Positions 36,789-47,156 of a stretch of DNA of 64,000 nucleotides are shown here, piece after piece (the first letter of the stretch is position 1; each line of letters begins with the position of its first letter). A program made the position numbers and the translations under genes. The notes below the pieces were generated by a model that saw nothing but the letters and a program-made list of their open reading frames with translations, was not told the DNA's origin and did no database searches. Source of the DNA: a virus. The stretch lies in the IMG/VR virus record IMGVR_UViG_3300025127_000024, positions 4,994-68,993 of that record. One strand, written 5' to 3'.

Positions 36789-39010
36789 TGTATCAACAAA
36801 GTTTATATAAGATATTAGATAACCATATTAAACCAAATGTTATTAAAAAGAAAAATAGATATAACAAATGGGAGTATGGATACAATGAAGATTATGATGT
36901 GGTTGTTATTAGTAAGACTGGTAAAATAGGTGAAATATATGAAATACAGAATCTTAAAATAGCTTTACCTTTAGTAGATAAAAAAAATGTCTACGAAAAT
37001 GAAGATAAAAAATGGAGTAAAATACCTTATCCAAAACAACTACAAAGAATAAAAACAGTATTTGATTGGAAAGAATATCCAGAAGATTTTAAAGAAAAAT
37101 GGTATGATTATATTGACAAAGAATTTACTCGTAGGGAAGAAGGCTTTTGGTTTACTAACAAAGATAACCCTACTTATATCACTGGCACTCATTACATGTA
37201 CTTGCAGTGGAGTAAAATTGACGTTGGGGCACCAGACTTTCGAGAATCAAATAGATTATTCTTTATTTTCTGGGAGGCTTGTAAAGCAGATCCACGATCC
37301 TATGGATTGTGCTACCTTAAGAACAGACGTTCTGGGTTTTCCTTTATGGCCTCAGGAGAGGTGGTTAACTTGGCAACCATATCATCTGACTCTAGATATG
37401 GTATATTATCAAAGTCCGGTCCTGATGCTAAGAAGATGTTCACGGACAAGGTGGTACCAATATCGGTTAATTACCCCTTCTTTTTCAAACCGATACAGGA
37501 CGGTATGGACCGTCCCAAAACCGAACTTGCCTACCGTGTACCAGCCAGTAAATTTACCAGACGTTCCATCACCGTTACCGGTGACGAAGCCCCCACGGAT
37601 CTCGAGGGGCTGGATACCACAATCGACTGGAAGAATACCGGTGACAACTCCTACGACGGGGAGAAACTCAAACTCCTCGTCCATGATGAATCGGGGAAGT
37701 GGGAACGTCCGAACAACATCCTCAACAACTGGAGGGTCACGAAAACCACATTAAGATTAGGTAGTAGAATTATAGGTAAGTGCATGATGGGCTCAACAAG
37801 TAATGCTCTAGATAAAGGTGGGGATAATTTTAAAAAACTTTATTATGACTCAGACGTTACAAAAAGAAACGCCAACGGACAGACTAGCTCAGGACTATAT
37901 TCTTTGTTCATTCCTATGGAATGGAATTACGAAGGATACATTGATTCTTATGGCATACCTGTCTTCGACACACCACAGGAACCAGTTGAAGACCCGCATG
38001 GGCAAAAAATTAAACTAGGTGTAGTTGATTTTTGGCAAAACGAAGTAGATGGTTTAAAACAAGATCAAGACGGTTTAAATGAATTCTACAGACAGTTTCC
38101 AAGAACAGAGCAACACGCATTTAGAGATGAAGCAAAAGAATCTTTATTTAATCTAACTAAAATATACGAACAAATAGATTATAATCAAGATTTAAGAAAT
38201 ACAGCTGTTGTAACTAAAGGTTCATTTCAGTGGGAAAATGGTATAAAAGATAGTAGAGTTATATTTGTTCCTAACAATAGTGGTAGATTTAAAATATCAT
38301 GGATACCTCCTATGCATTTGCAAAATAAGCATTATATAAAAAATGGAATTAAATACCCTAGCAATGAACATTGCGGTGCATTTGGATGTGATAGTTACGA
38401 TATATCAGGAACTGTAGATAAAAGAGGATCTAATGGTTCTTTGCATGGTCTAACAAAGTTTAGTATGGAAAACGTTCCGCCTTATCATTTTTTTTTAGAA
38501 TATATAGCAAGACCACAAACAGCTGAAATATTTTTTGAAGACGTGCTTATGGCTTGTATATTTTACGGTATGCCGATACTTGCTGAAAATAATAAACCAA
38601 GATTATTATATCATTTTAAAAGAAGAGGATATAGAGGTTTTAGTATGAATAGACCTGATAAAATATATAATAAATTATCTGTAACAGAAAGAGAAATAGG
38701 TGGTGTACCTAACTCTAGTGAAGATATGAAACAAGCTCACGCTGCAGCTATAGAATCATATATAGAAGAGCACGTTGGTTATTTGGGTGAAGAATATGGA
38801 GATATGTATTTTGACTCTACTCTAGAAGACTGGGCTAGATTTAATATAAACAATAGAACAAAACACGATGCTTCAATAAGTTCAGGTTTAGCTATAATGG
38901 CTTGTAATAAAAACAGATATTATCCAGTTAATAAAATAGAAAGAAAACCAATTAGTTTAGGTTTTAAAAAATATAATAACGAAGGTACAGTTTCTAAAAT
39001 AATTAAGTAA
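36788..39010 (+). CDS. terminase large subunit
   Basis: Walker A-like KNRRSGFS, Walker B LLVHDESGK, GSTSN, nuclease GCDSYD...HDASIS. Confidence 0.9.
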   Translation: MYQQSLYKILDNHIKPNVIKKKNRYNKWEYGYNEDYDVVVISKTGKIGEIYEIQNLKIALPLVDKKNVYENEDKKWSKIPYPKQLQRIKTVFDWKEYPEDFKEKWYDYIDKEFTRREEGFWFTNKDNPTYITGTHYMYLQWSKIDVGAPDFRESNRLFFIFWEACKADPRSYGLCYLKNRRSGFSFMASGEVVNLATISSDSRYGILSKSGPDAKKMFTDKVVPISVNYPFFFKPIQDGMDRPKTELAYRVPASKFTRRSITVTGDEAPTDLEGLDTTIDWKNTGDNSYDGEKLKLLVHDESGKWERPNNILNNWRVTKTTLRLGSRIIGKCMMGSTSNALDKGGDNFKKLYYDSDVTKRNANGQTSSGLYSLFIPMEWNYEGYIDSYGIPVFDTPQEPVEDPHGQKIKLGVVDFWQNEVDGLKQDQDGLNEFYRQFPRTEQHAFRDEAKESLFNLTKIYEQIDYNQDLRNTAVVTKGSFQWENGIKDSRVIFVPNNSGRFKISWIPPMHLQNKHYIKNGIKYPSNEHCGAFGCDSYDISGTVDKRGSNGSLHGLTKFSMENVPPYHFFLEYIARPQTAEIFFEDVLMACIFYGMPILAENNKPRLLYHFKRRGYRGFSMNRPDKIYNKLSVTEREIGGVPNSSEDMKQAHAAAIESYIEEHVGYLGEEYGDMYFDSTLEDWARFNINNRTKHDASISSGLAIMACNKNRYYPVNKIERKPISLGFKKYNNEGTVSKIIK
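37104..37754 (+). CDS. putative lipoprotein overprinted in the +1 frame of terL
   Basis: 216-aa stop-free frame; KK + hydrophobic + LITC signal; local GC rise coincides with the overlap. Confidence 0.55.
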   Translation: MIILTKNLLVGKKAFGLLTKITLLISLALITCTCSGVKLTLGHQTFENQIDYSLFSGRLVKQIHDPMDCATLRTDVLGFPLWPQERWLTWQPYHLTLDMVYYQSPVLMLRRCSRTRWYQYRLITPSFSNRYRTVWTVPKPNLPTVYQPVNLPDVPSPLPVTKPPRISRGWIPQSTGRIPVTTPTTGRNSNSSSMMNRGSGNVRTTSSTTGGSRKPH

Positions 39011-41404
39011 ATGAATATATACACAAATCCTAATAGTTCCTTTCCTAGCCAAGTTGTTAGTGACGAAGAAAAATCAAGCTGGGACTACGGTATACAGGTA
39101 GGACGTGCTATTGAGCAAGAGTGGTTTCAACAGGGTAGAGCAGGTAATAGATTTGCTGTAAGCTGGAACCACTATCATCAACTTAGGCTGTATGCTAGAG
39201 GAGAACAAAGTGTTCAAAAGTATAAAGATGAGTTATCTATTAATGGTGACCTAAGCTATTTAAATATAGACTGGAAACCAGTTCCTATATTATCAAAATT
39301 TGTAGACATAGTTGTAAATGGTATGTCTCAAAAAAAATATGAAATAACAGCATATGCTCAAGACCCACAATCTCAAAAAGCTAGAACACAATATGCTCAA
39401 GGGTTATTAAGAGATATGACTGTAAAAAACGAAGCTTTACAGGTTCAACAAGCTATTGGTGTAAATATTTTAAAACACGATCCAAGTACTTTGCCTGAAA
39501 ACGAAGATGAATTACAGCTTCATATGCAGCTTGATTATAAACAATCAGTTGAATTAGCTGAAGAAGAAGCTATAAATAATACTTTAGCTTTTAATAAATA
39601 TGATTTAGTAAGACGAAGACTAAACATGGATTTAACTGTTTTAGGTATAGCTTCAGCAAAAACACATTGGAACAGATCTAACGGAATAACAATTGATTAT
39701 GTTGATCCAGCTAATTTAGTTTATTCATATACTGATGATCCTAATTTTGAAGATATATATTATGTAGGTGAAGTAAAATCAGTAACAATACCTGAGCTTA
39801 AAAAACAATTTCCTGATATATCAGATGATTTATTAAAAAGAATACAGGATATGCCGGGTAATAGACAATTTGTTACTGGTTGGAATAATTATGACGAAAA
39901 CACTGTTCAAGTTTTATATTTTGAATATAAAACATATAATAACCAAGTTTTTAAAATAAAACAAACAGAGCAAGGTTTAGAAAAAGCTTTAGAAAAACCA
40001 GATACATTTAACCCACCACCTGCAGATAACTACGAAAGAGTTAGTAGGAGTATAGAGGTTTTATATACTGGATGTAAGGTTTTAGGAATAAATGAAATGT
40101 TAGAGTGGAAGTTGGCTGAGAATATGACTAGACCAGCTTCTGATACGAGTAAAGTTCAGATGAATTATACTCTTGTAGCTCCAAGAATGTATAAAGGTAG
40201 AATAGAATCTGTGGTTAGTAAATGTATAGGTTTTGCTGATATGATACAGCTAACACATTTAAAACTACAACAAGTAATGTCTAGAATAGTTCCTGACGGT
40301 GTGTTTGTAGACATTGATGGCTTAGCTGAAGTAGACTTAGGTAATGGTACTAATTACAATCCAGCAGAAGCTTTAAACATGTTTTTTCAAACAGGTAGTA
40401 TTGTAGGTAGATCTTTAACACAAGATGGAGAGTTAAATAGAGGTAAAGTACCTATTCAAGAGTTAACATCTTCTAGTGGTCAAGCTAAAATAGCTAGTTT
40501 AATACAAACTTATAACTACTATTTACAAATGATTAGAGACGTGACCGGTTTAAATGAAGCAAGAGATGGATCGGTTCCTGATAGAGATACTTTAGTTGGC
40601 TTACAAAAAATGGCTGCTAATGCTTCAAATGTAGCAACTAAACATATTTTACAAGCTAGCTTATATGTAACCTTAAGAATTTGTGAAAACATTTCTTTAC
40701 GTATAGCTGATTCTTTAAATTTTCCTTTATTAAGAAATACACTTGTTAGTTCTATAAGTAAGTACAATGTAGAAACTTTAAAGGAATTAGAAAATAAAAA
40801 CATACATGACTTTGGTATTTATTTACAATTAGAGCCTGAAGAAGAAGAGCAACAACAGTTAGAACAAAATATACAAATAGCTTTACAATCAGGTGGTATT
40901 GATTTAGAAGACGCTATAGATTTAAGACAAATACACAATCTTAAGTTAGCTAATCAAATGCTAAAGCTAAAAAGAAAAAGAAAACAACAGAGAGAAGAAC
41001 GACTTGCTAAAGAAAATATACAAGCTCAAGCTCAAGCAAATGCACAGCAAGCAGAGCAAGCAGCTATGAATGAGGTTCAAAAGCAACAAGCGTTAACTCA
41101 AGAAAAAGTTAATTTTGAGCAAGCTAGATCGCAGATGGAAATACAAAGAATGCAAGTAGAAGCTCAAATAAAACAACAGATGATGGCAGCACAGTTTGAC
41201 TATGATCTGCAACTAGCTCAAGTATCTGTACAACAAGTGCAGGCTAAAGAGCAATATATTGAAGATAGGAAAGATAAAAGAACTAAGCTTCAAGCAACTC
41301 AACAAAGTGCGATGATAGATCAAAGAAAAAATGATTTATTACCTACTGATTTTGAGCAACAAGACTCAATGGGTATTGGTTTAGAAAACCTACCTATAGT
41401 TTAA
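39011..41404 (+). CDS. portal protein
   Basis: Follows terL; ~800 aa with Gln-rich C-terminal coiled coil (P22/crAss-like). Confidence 0.85.
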   Translation: MNIYTNPNSSFPSQVVSDEEKSSWDYGIQVGRAIEQEWFQQGRAGNRFAVSWNHYHQLRLYARGEQSVQKYKDELSINGDLSYLNIDWKPVPILSKFVDIVVNGMSQKKYEITAYAQDPQSQKARTQYAQGLLRDMTVKNEALQVQQAIGVNILKHDPSTLPENEDELQLHMQLDYKQSVELAEEEAINNTLAFNKYDLVRRRLNMDLTVLGIASAKTHWNRSNGITIDYVDPANLVYSYTDDPNFEDIYYVGEVKSVTIPELKKQFPDISDDLLKRIQDMPGNRQFVTGWNNYDENTVQVLYFEYKTYNNQVFKIKQTEQGLEKALEKPDTFNPPPADNYERVSRSIEVLYTGCKVLGINEMLEWKLAENMTRPASDTSKVQMNYTLVAPRMYKGRIESVVSKCIGFADMIQLTHLKLQQVMSRIVPDGVFVDIDGLAEVDLGNGTNYNPAEALNMFFQTGSIVGRSLTQDGELNRGKVPIQELTSSSGQAKIASLIQTYNYYLQMIRDVTGLNEARDGSVPDRDTLVGLQKMAANASNVATKHILQASLYVTLRICENISLRIADSLNFPLLRNTLVSSISKYNVETLKELENKNIHDFGIYLQLEPEEEEQQQLEQNIQIALQSGGIDLEDAIDLRQIHNLKLANQMLKLKRKRKQQREERLAKENIQAQAQANAQQAEQAAMNEVQKQQALTQEKVNFEQARSQMEIQRMQVEAQIKQQMMAAQFDYDLQLAQVSVQQVQAKEQYIEDRKDKRTKLQATQQSAMIDQRKNDLLPTDFEQQDSMGIGLENLPIV

Positions 41405-41431
41405 TTTTTATTAATTTTATAATATTTTATT

Positions 41432-42574
41432 ATGGCAGATGCTAAGATTACAGTACCCAAAGAAGGGTTACCTAAAAAAGACGACAACGTAGTTAAACTA
41501 GATTTAACTAAAAAAGCGCAAGAATTAAAAGAAAAAGAAAAACAAGAAGACAATGCCGTTCAAGCACAAAAGACAGATGATAGCAATGCTGTTGTCGAAG
41601 AACAAAAAGACAGTAGCAACAGCGAAGGAGTGGTTGAAGAAGTACGGCCCACCGAAGAAAAACTAGAATCCCCTATACAAGAAGTAAAAGAAGATGAAGC
41701 TAAGGTGGAGGAAAAGGTTGAAGAAAAAATAGAACAACCAGTTGAACAAGTTCAACAACCTGTTGAGTTACCTGAAAACGTAGAAAAACTAGTTTCATTT
41801 ATGAAAGAAACAGGTGGTACGGTTCAAGACTATGTTAGATTAAACGCAGACTACTCTAATGTAGATGGTGACACATTGTTAAAAGAATACTATAAGCAAT
41901 CAAAACCACATTTAAATAATGAGGAAATTAATTTTTTAATGGAGGAAAAATTTGCTATAGATGAAGACACTGATGATGAGCGAGACATCAAGAGAAAAAA
42001 ACTTGCTCAAAAAGAAGAGGTTGCAAAAGCTCATAATTTTTTAGAAGGACTTAAAACTAAATATTACGATGAAATCAAGTTGAGGCCATCCGTTAGTAAA
42101 GACCAACAAAAAGCTATGGAGTTTTTCAACAGGTATAACGAAGATAAATCTAAAATAGAGAAACAGCACGAAAGATTTAAAGCTGATACACAGAAGCTTT
42201 TTAACAACGATTTCAAAGGTTTTGATTTCAATGTTGGTGAAAAGAAATATAGGTATAGCGTAAAAAATCCTGACGCCGTTAGTGAGAAACAGTCTAATCT
42301 AAACAACTTTGTCGGGAAGTTCTTAGACAGTGAAGGTAACGTTAAAGATCCAAGAGGTTATCACAAAGCTCTATATGCCGCAGAAAATATCGATAACATA
42401 ATAACACACTTTTATGAACAAGGTAAGTCAGACGCTGTAAAGGAAGTAGTAGAGAAATCTAAAAATCCTTCGTCAGCTGATAGACCTACGCAAGTTACTT
42501 TAGGTGGATTAAAAGTTAAAGCTATTAGTGGTATGGATAGTTCTAAGTTGAGAATTAATAAAAAATTTAAATAA
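41432..42574 (+). CDS. capsid scaffolding protein
   Basis: Acidic, coiled-coil protein between portal and MCP. Confidence 0.65.
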   Translation: MADAKITVPKEGLPKKDDNVVKLDLTKKAQELKEKEKQEDNAVQAQKTDDSNAVVEEQKDSSNSEGVVEEVRPTEEKLESPIQEVKEDEAKVEEKVEEKIEQPVEQVQQPVELPENVEKLVSFMKETGGTVQDYVRLNADYSNVDGDTLLKEYYKQSKPHLNNEEINFLMEEKFAIDEDTDDERDIKRKKLAQKEEVAKAHNFLEGLKTKYYDEIKLRPSVSKDQQKAMEFFNRYNEDKSKIEKQHERFKADTQKLFNNDFKGFDFNVGEKKYRYSVKNPDAVSEKQSNLNNFVGKFLDSEGNVKDPRGYHKALYAAENIDNIITHFYEQGKSDAVKEVVEKSKNPSSADRPTQVTLGGLKVKAISGMDSSKLRINKKFK

Positions 42575-42588
42575 AAACTTAAAGAAAA

Positions 42589-44082
42589 ATGGGATATTTT
42601 AATGCTAACGACCCGTTAGGTCAATTTTCATTGGTACCGACTCCAAAGAAAATGCTAACGAGTACGTCGTACTTAGACTTTACTGGCAACGCTGCAGGCG
42701 GTGATCCAGTAAATAACTTTGCACAACAGTATCTACCTGAAATCTACGAAGCGGAAGTTGAAAGATACGGAAACAGAACAATCGGAGGTTTCTTAAGAAT
42801 GGTAGGCGCTGAAATGCCAATGACTTCTGACCAGGTAATTTGGTCAGAGCAAAACAGATTACATATTGCCTTTACAGGAGCTTCTATTGCTGCTGATGGT
42901 AGTAATGAAATCACTGGTCTTGCTGGACAAGATTCTGCTGGAAACGATATTATTCCTTCAATTAGAAAAGGACAAACTATCGTTGTAAGTAACAACACAA
43001 GTTTACTTAGCACTAAGTGTTATGTTAAAGCTGACCCTGTTGCTGCTGGTGGAAAATGGAAAATTGTAGCTTATTCTTACGATCTTGCTAATTTAAATAC
43101 TTTAGTTGGAGCTGGACAAATCGATGTATTTGTATATGGTTCTGAATTTGCTAAAGGTACTGCAGGAATGGAAGGATCTATTGAGCCTAGCTTTACTCAG
43201 TATCATAACTCACCTGTAATCATCAAAGATAAATACGAAATCAATGGTTCTGACACTGCTCAGATCGGTTGGGTTGAAGTTGCTGTTGAAGATGGTACAT
43301 CAGGATACTTATGGTATTTAAAAGCAGAAGGTGAAACTAGACTACGTTTCCAAGATTATTTAGAAATGGTAATGATTGAAGGAGAAAAAGCTCAGGCTGG
43401 TTCTGCTGCAATTGGTGAAGATCTTCTAAACTCTACTGTAAAAGTAAAAGGTACTGAAGGTTTATTCGCTGCTATTGAGTCAAGAGGTAATATCTATGAT
43501 AACTATGCTTCTGGACAAGATGCTGGTGGTAACGCTAGAACTTCACTACAAGACTTTGACTTAATTCTTCAAAACCTTGATAAGCAAGGTGCTATTGAAG
43601 AAAACATGTTATTCTTAAACAGAGCTACTGCTCTAAGTTTTGATGATATGTTAGCTGCTCAAAACTCTTATGGTGCAGGTGGTACATCTTACGGTGTATT
43701 TGAAAACTCTGAGGAAATGGCTTTAAATTTAGGTTTCTCTGGTTTCAGAAGAGGTTCTTATGACTTCTATAAAACTGACTGGAAATACTTAAATGATGCT
43801 ACAACTGGAGGATTAAATGAAACTGTTGATGGTGTATTAGTACCAGCTGGAACATCTACTGTTTACGACCAAATGCTTGGCGCAAACATCAGACGTCCAT
43901 TCTTGCATGTTCGTTATAGAGCATCTGAAGCTGATGATAGAAGAATGAAAACTTGGTTAACAGGTTCTGTTGGTGGTGCTTACACTACTGGAGATGATGT
44001 TATGAAAGTACATTTCTTATCAGAAAGATGTTTAGTAACTCAAGCTGCAAACAACTTTGTTATCTTTAAATCGGTAGCATAA
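42589..44082 (+). CDS. major capsid protein
   Basis: Position, size, strongly biased codons, followed by a terminator. Confidence 0.85.
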   Translation: MGYFNANDPLGQFSLVPTPKKMLTSTSYLDFTGNAAGGDPVNNFAQQYLPEIYEAEVERYGNRTIGGFLRMVGAEMPMTSDQVIWSEQNRLHIAFTGASIAADGSNEITGLAGQDSAGNDIIPSIRKGQTIVVSNNTSLLSTKCYVKADPVAAGGKWKIVAYSYDLANLNTLVGAGQIDVFVYGSEFAKGTAGMEGSIEPSFTQYHNSPVIIKDKYEINGSDTAQIGWVEVAVEDGTSGYLWYLKAEGETRLRFQDYLEMVMIEGEKAQAGSAAIGEDLLNSTVKVKGTEGLFAAIESRGNIYDNYASGQDAGGNARTSLQDFDLILQNLDKQGAIEENMLFLNRATALSFDDMLAAQNSYGAGGTSYGVFENSEEMALNLGFSGFRRGSYDFYKTDWKYLNDATTGGLNETVDGVLVPAGTSTVYDQMLGANIRRPFLHVRYRASEADDRRMKTWLTGSVGGAYTTGDDVMKVHFLSERCLVTQAANNFVIFKSVA

Positions 44083-44091
44083 GTTTAATAT

Positions 44092-44124
44092 AAGGTAAGG
44101 GCGCTTCGGCGCCCATATACCTTT
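44092..44124 (+). terminator. hairpin after the MCP gene
   Basis: AAGGTA..GGGCGC-TTCG-GCGCCC..TACCTT, C(UUCG)G tetraloop. Confidence 0.7.
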
Positions 44125-44147
44125 AACTTATTTAATTATATTATATC

Positions 44148-44912
44148 ATGAAACAACAAGTAAATATTACAAAACCAGAAAACTGGGAAGTAAAAGATCG
44201 AGTATACATACTCAAAGGTGCAAAAACACCGTTAACAAGAACAATTCCAAGTAAGCATACGCAAAGATACCCTATGACTCATTTTGATAAAAAATTAGGT
44301 TATCAAAGAGAGTTAAGATATGCTACTAACCAACCATCAGTGTTTGTTGATGAACAACAAGGTCCAACAACTCTGTCTCATATTGTATTTAGAGATGGTA
44401 CGCTTTCAGTTCCTAAGGAAAATCAAGCGCTACAGATATTATTATCAGAATATCATCCATTTAAAAATAGAATATACTCAGAATTTGATCCTGTAATTCA
44501 AGCTAAAGATGAGTTGAATGAATTAGAAATACAATTAGCTGCATTAAATCTAGCTAATCAAATAGATGTTAATCATCAAGAAGCTATATTAAGAGTAGAA
44601 CAAGGTAGTGATGTTAGTAGCATGACTGCTAAACAAATTAAAAGAGATATTCTTTTATTTGCTAAGCAACAACCTAGAACTTTTATAGCATTAGCTCAAG
44701 ATGAAAACATACAGTTAAGAAACTTTGGTATACACGCTGTAGAGCAAGGTATATTAAAGTTGTCTAATGATCAAAAAACTTTTAAATGGGCTAAAAATGG
44801 TAAAAAAATTATGACAGTACCATTTGACGAGCATCCTTACTCAGCCTTAGCTTCGTTCTTTAAAACAGATGAAGGCATGGAGGTTTTTAAATCAATAGAG
44901 AAAAAACTATAG
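44148..44912 (+). CDS. conserved hypothetical protein downstream of MCP
   Basis: ORF track. Confidence 0.7.
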   Translation: MKQQVNITKPENWEVKDRVYILKGAKTPLTRTIPSKHTQRYPMTHFDKKLGYQRELRYATNQPSVFVDEQQGPTTLSHIVFRDGTLSVPKENQALQILLSEYHPFKNRIYSEFDPVIQAKDELNELEIQLAALNLANQIDVNHQEAILRVEQGSDVSSMTAKQIKRDILLFAKQQPRTFIALAQDENIQLRNFGIHAVEQGILKLSNDQKTFKWAKNGKKIMTVPFDEHPYSALASFFKTDEGMEVFKSIEKKL

Positions 44913-44975
44913 AAACATGTAATATTAATATAGGGCTCGTTCACTCGGGCCTTGTATTATAATAAAAAAAAATAA

Positions 44976-45908
44976 ATGGCAATAAACGTAAATCAAGTCT
45001 ACAAAACGGTTTTACTTATACTTAATAAAGAGCAGAGAGGTTATTTAACTCCAGATGAGTTTAATAAAATAGCTACTCAAGCTCAGTTAGAGATTTTTGA
45101 AAGTTATTTTGAAGAATTAAATCAACAGTATAGATTGCCAGACAACAACAGTGAATACGCGGATAGACTTAAAAATTTAAGAGAAAAACTATCTGTATTT
45201 CAAGAATCAGGATCTTGTTCTTATGTAGGTCCTTATTTTAGCTTACCAACAAATTCTTCTACAGCGGTAAGCGCACAAATAACCACAACAACTTCACAAG
45301 TTTATCCTATCCCTTTAAACGCAGGAGAAACAGACTCTGGTCAAATATCAGTTACAATGTCAAATGCTTTAAACGTACAAGAGCCTTTAGCTGAGTTTAC
45401 AGACTGGACTGTATCAAATAATGTTTTAAATCTGGTTAATATACCTGTTGCTGGAAGAACTATAATAATAACTGTTACTGATTTTAGTGTATATAAATTA
45501 GGGACAGTTATACATAAAGATGAAAAAGAAGTACAGTATGTTCAACCTAATGAGCTTTTAGAGCTAAATTTATCACCTTTAACTAAACCTACAGAATACT
45601 ATCCTGTATATAAATATAAAGATTATCAAATATTTGTTTATCCTACAAGTATAACTAGTGAAATATCTTGTACATTTTTAAGAAAACCATTAAATCCTGT
45701 GTGGAATTTTACAGGTAACAGTGCTAATAATAATTATCAATACGTGTATGATAATATTAACTCTGTAAGCTTTGAGTTGCATCCTTCTGAACAAACAGAT
45801 TTAATATTAAAAATATTATTATACGCGGGTGTTGTAATTAAAGATCCACAAATAATACAAGTGGCTGCTCAGCAAATTGCTTCTGATATGCAAAACGAAA
45901 AAAGTTAA
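44976..45908 (+). CDS. head-tail adaptor/ring protein (tail tubular)
   Basis: NKEQRGYLTPDEFN..A..AQ N-terminus; position after the head genes. Confidence 0.65.
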   Translation: MAINVNQVYKTVLLILNKEQRGYLTPDEFNKIATQAQLEIFESYFEELNQQYRLPDNNSEYADRLKNLREKLSVFQESGSCSYVGPYFSLPTNSSTAVSAQITTTTSQVYPIPLNAGETDSGQISVTMSNALNVQEPLAEFTDWTVSNNVLNLVNIPVAGRTIIITVTDFSVYKLGTVIHKDEKEVQYVQPNELLELNLSPLTKPTEYYPVYKYKDYQIFVYPTSITSEISCTFLRKPLNPVWNFTGNSANNNYQYVYDNINSVSFELHPSEQTDLILKILLYAGVVIKDPQIIQVAAQQIASDMQNEKS

Positions 45909-45914
45909 TAACAA

Positions 45915-47150
45915 ATGGCAAAATTAATACCTTACTCTATACAACCTCCTAGTGATGGATTAATCACAGAGACTAATCAAATCTATTATTCTGGAGAACA
46001 AAACATATATGTAGAAGCAAACGATAGTACTGAGGTAGAACTTGGTTTTGATTCACAGCTTATATATAAAACAAACAATACAACTGCTATTGATTATGCT
46101 TTAAATAATTTTAAAATATTAATAAGCACAGATGGCGGTTTTACTTTCACAGAGTATTCTATTCAAAATGGATATAGCGCTGTAACATCGTCTAGCTTAG
46201 TAAAAAATATATTAACATTTCCAGCTGCATTACCACAATACAGTTATGTTAAGATAAAACTAAACACGCCATCTAAACAGCAAAACTTTGGTGGATATTC
46301 TTATATAAAACTAAACGATATTATAAATAACTTTATGGTTGCTTATGTGGGTCAAGGTAAATTAATACCAGATGTTAAAAGAACTGATGTTATTTTTCAC
46401 GCTAAAAGATCTCTTCAAGAATTTAGCTATGATACGTTAAGAAGTATAAAATCACAAGAGTTAAATATACCACCTAGCTTAAGTGTTATATTACCACAAG
46501 ATTATGTTAATCATGTTAGGTGTTCTTGGGTTGACAATCTAGGTGTTCAGCATATAATATATCCTGTAAATAATTTATCAACTAATCCGTACGCTATACC
46601 TTTACAAGATGATGAGGGTGTACCTACTAACGATAACTTTGGTAACAACTTAAAAGGTACTTCACTAGTAGAAAAAAGATGGGCAGAGGCTAATGATAGA
46701 AAAATAACAGGTGTATTTGAAAATTATGAAAACATAGAAAACTGGGGCTGGTATGGATATGACTGGGGCTGGGGAGGTTTTTATGGTAAAAGATATGGGT
46801 TAAACCCAGAAACCACTCAAGTAAACGGATGGTATAATATAAATGACAGAGAAGGTAAGGTTTCTTTTAGCAGTGATTTAGCTGGTAGATTAATTGTATT
46901 TGAATATATATCAGATGGATTATCTACTGATTTAGACACTAGAGTTCCTAAAATGGCAGAAGAAGCCATGTATGCTTATATAAATTATGGTATATTAGCT
47001 AGCAGAGCCAATGTTCAAGAATATATAGTTCAAAGATATAGAAAAGAAAAAAGCTCTAAACTAAGAAATGCAAAAATAAGATTATCTAATATTAAACTTG
47101 ACGAATTTGTACAGGTTATGAGAGGTAAATCTAAAATAATAAAACACTAA
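45915..47150 (+). CDS. second ring/tail tubular protein
   Basis: LPQDYVN, EYISDGL motifs; position. Confidence 0.6.
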   Translation: MAKLIPYSIQPPSDGLITETNQIYYSGEQNIYVEANDSTEVELGFDSQLIYKTNNTTAIDYALNNFKILISTDGGFTFTEYSIQNGYSAVTSSSLVKNILTFPAALPQYSYVKIKLNTPSKQQNFGGYSYIKLNDIINNFMVAYVGQGKLIPDVKRTDVIFHAKRSLQEFSYDTLRSIKSQELNIPPSLSVILPQDYVNHVRCSWVDNLGVQHIIYPVNNLSTNPYAIPLQDDEGVPTNDNFGNNLKGTSLVEKRWAEANDRKITGVFENYENIENWGWYGYDWGWGGFYGKRYGLNPETTQVNGWYNINDREGKVSFSSDLAGRLIVFEYISDGLSTDLDTRVPKMAEEAMYAYINYGILASRANVQEYIVQRYRKEKSSKLRNAKIRLSNIKLDEFVQVMRGKSKIIKH

Positions 47151-47156
47151 AGTTAA

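Noticed and set aside
37409-37684. Antisense ORF within terL
   Set aside because: Explained by the local GC rise from the +1 overlap; no promoter or protein features.
44899-44927. Fifth class-2 promoter (CATGTAATATTA)
   Set aside because: It lacks the upstream GTAAW element at the 15-nt spacing, and the downstream box is imperfect.
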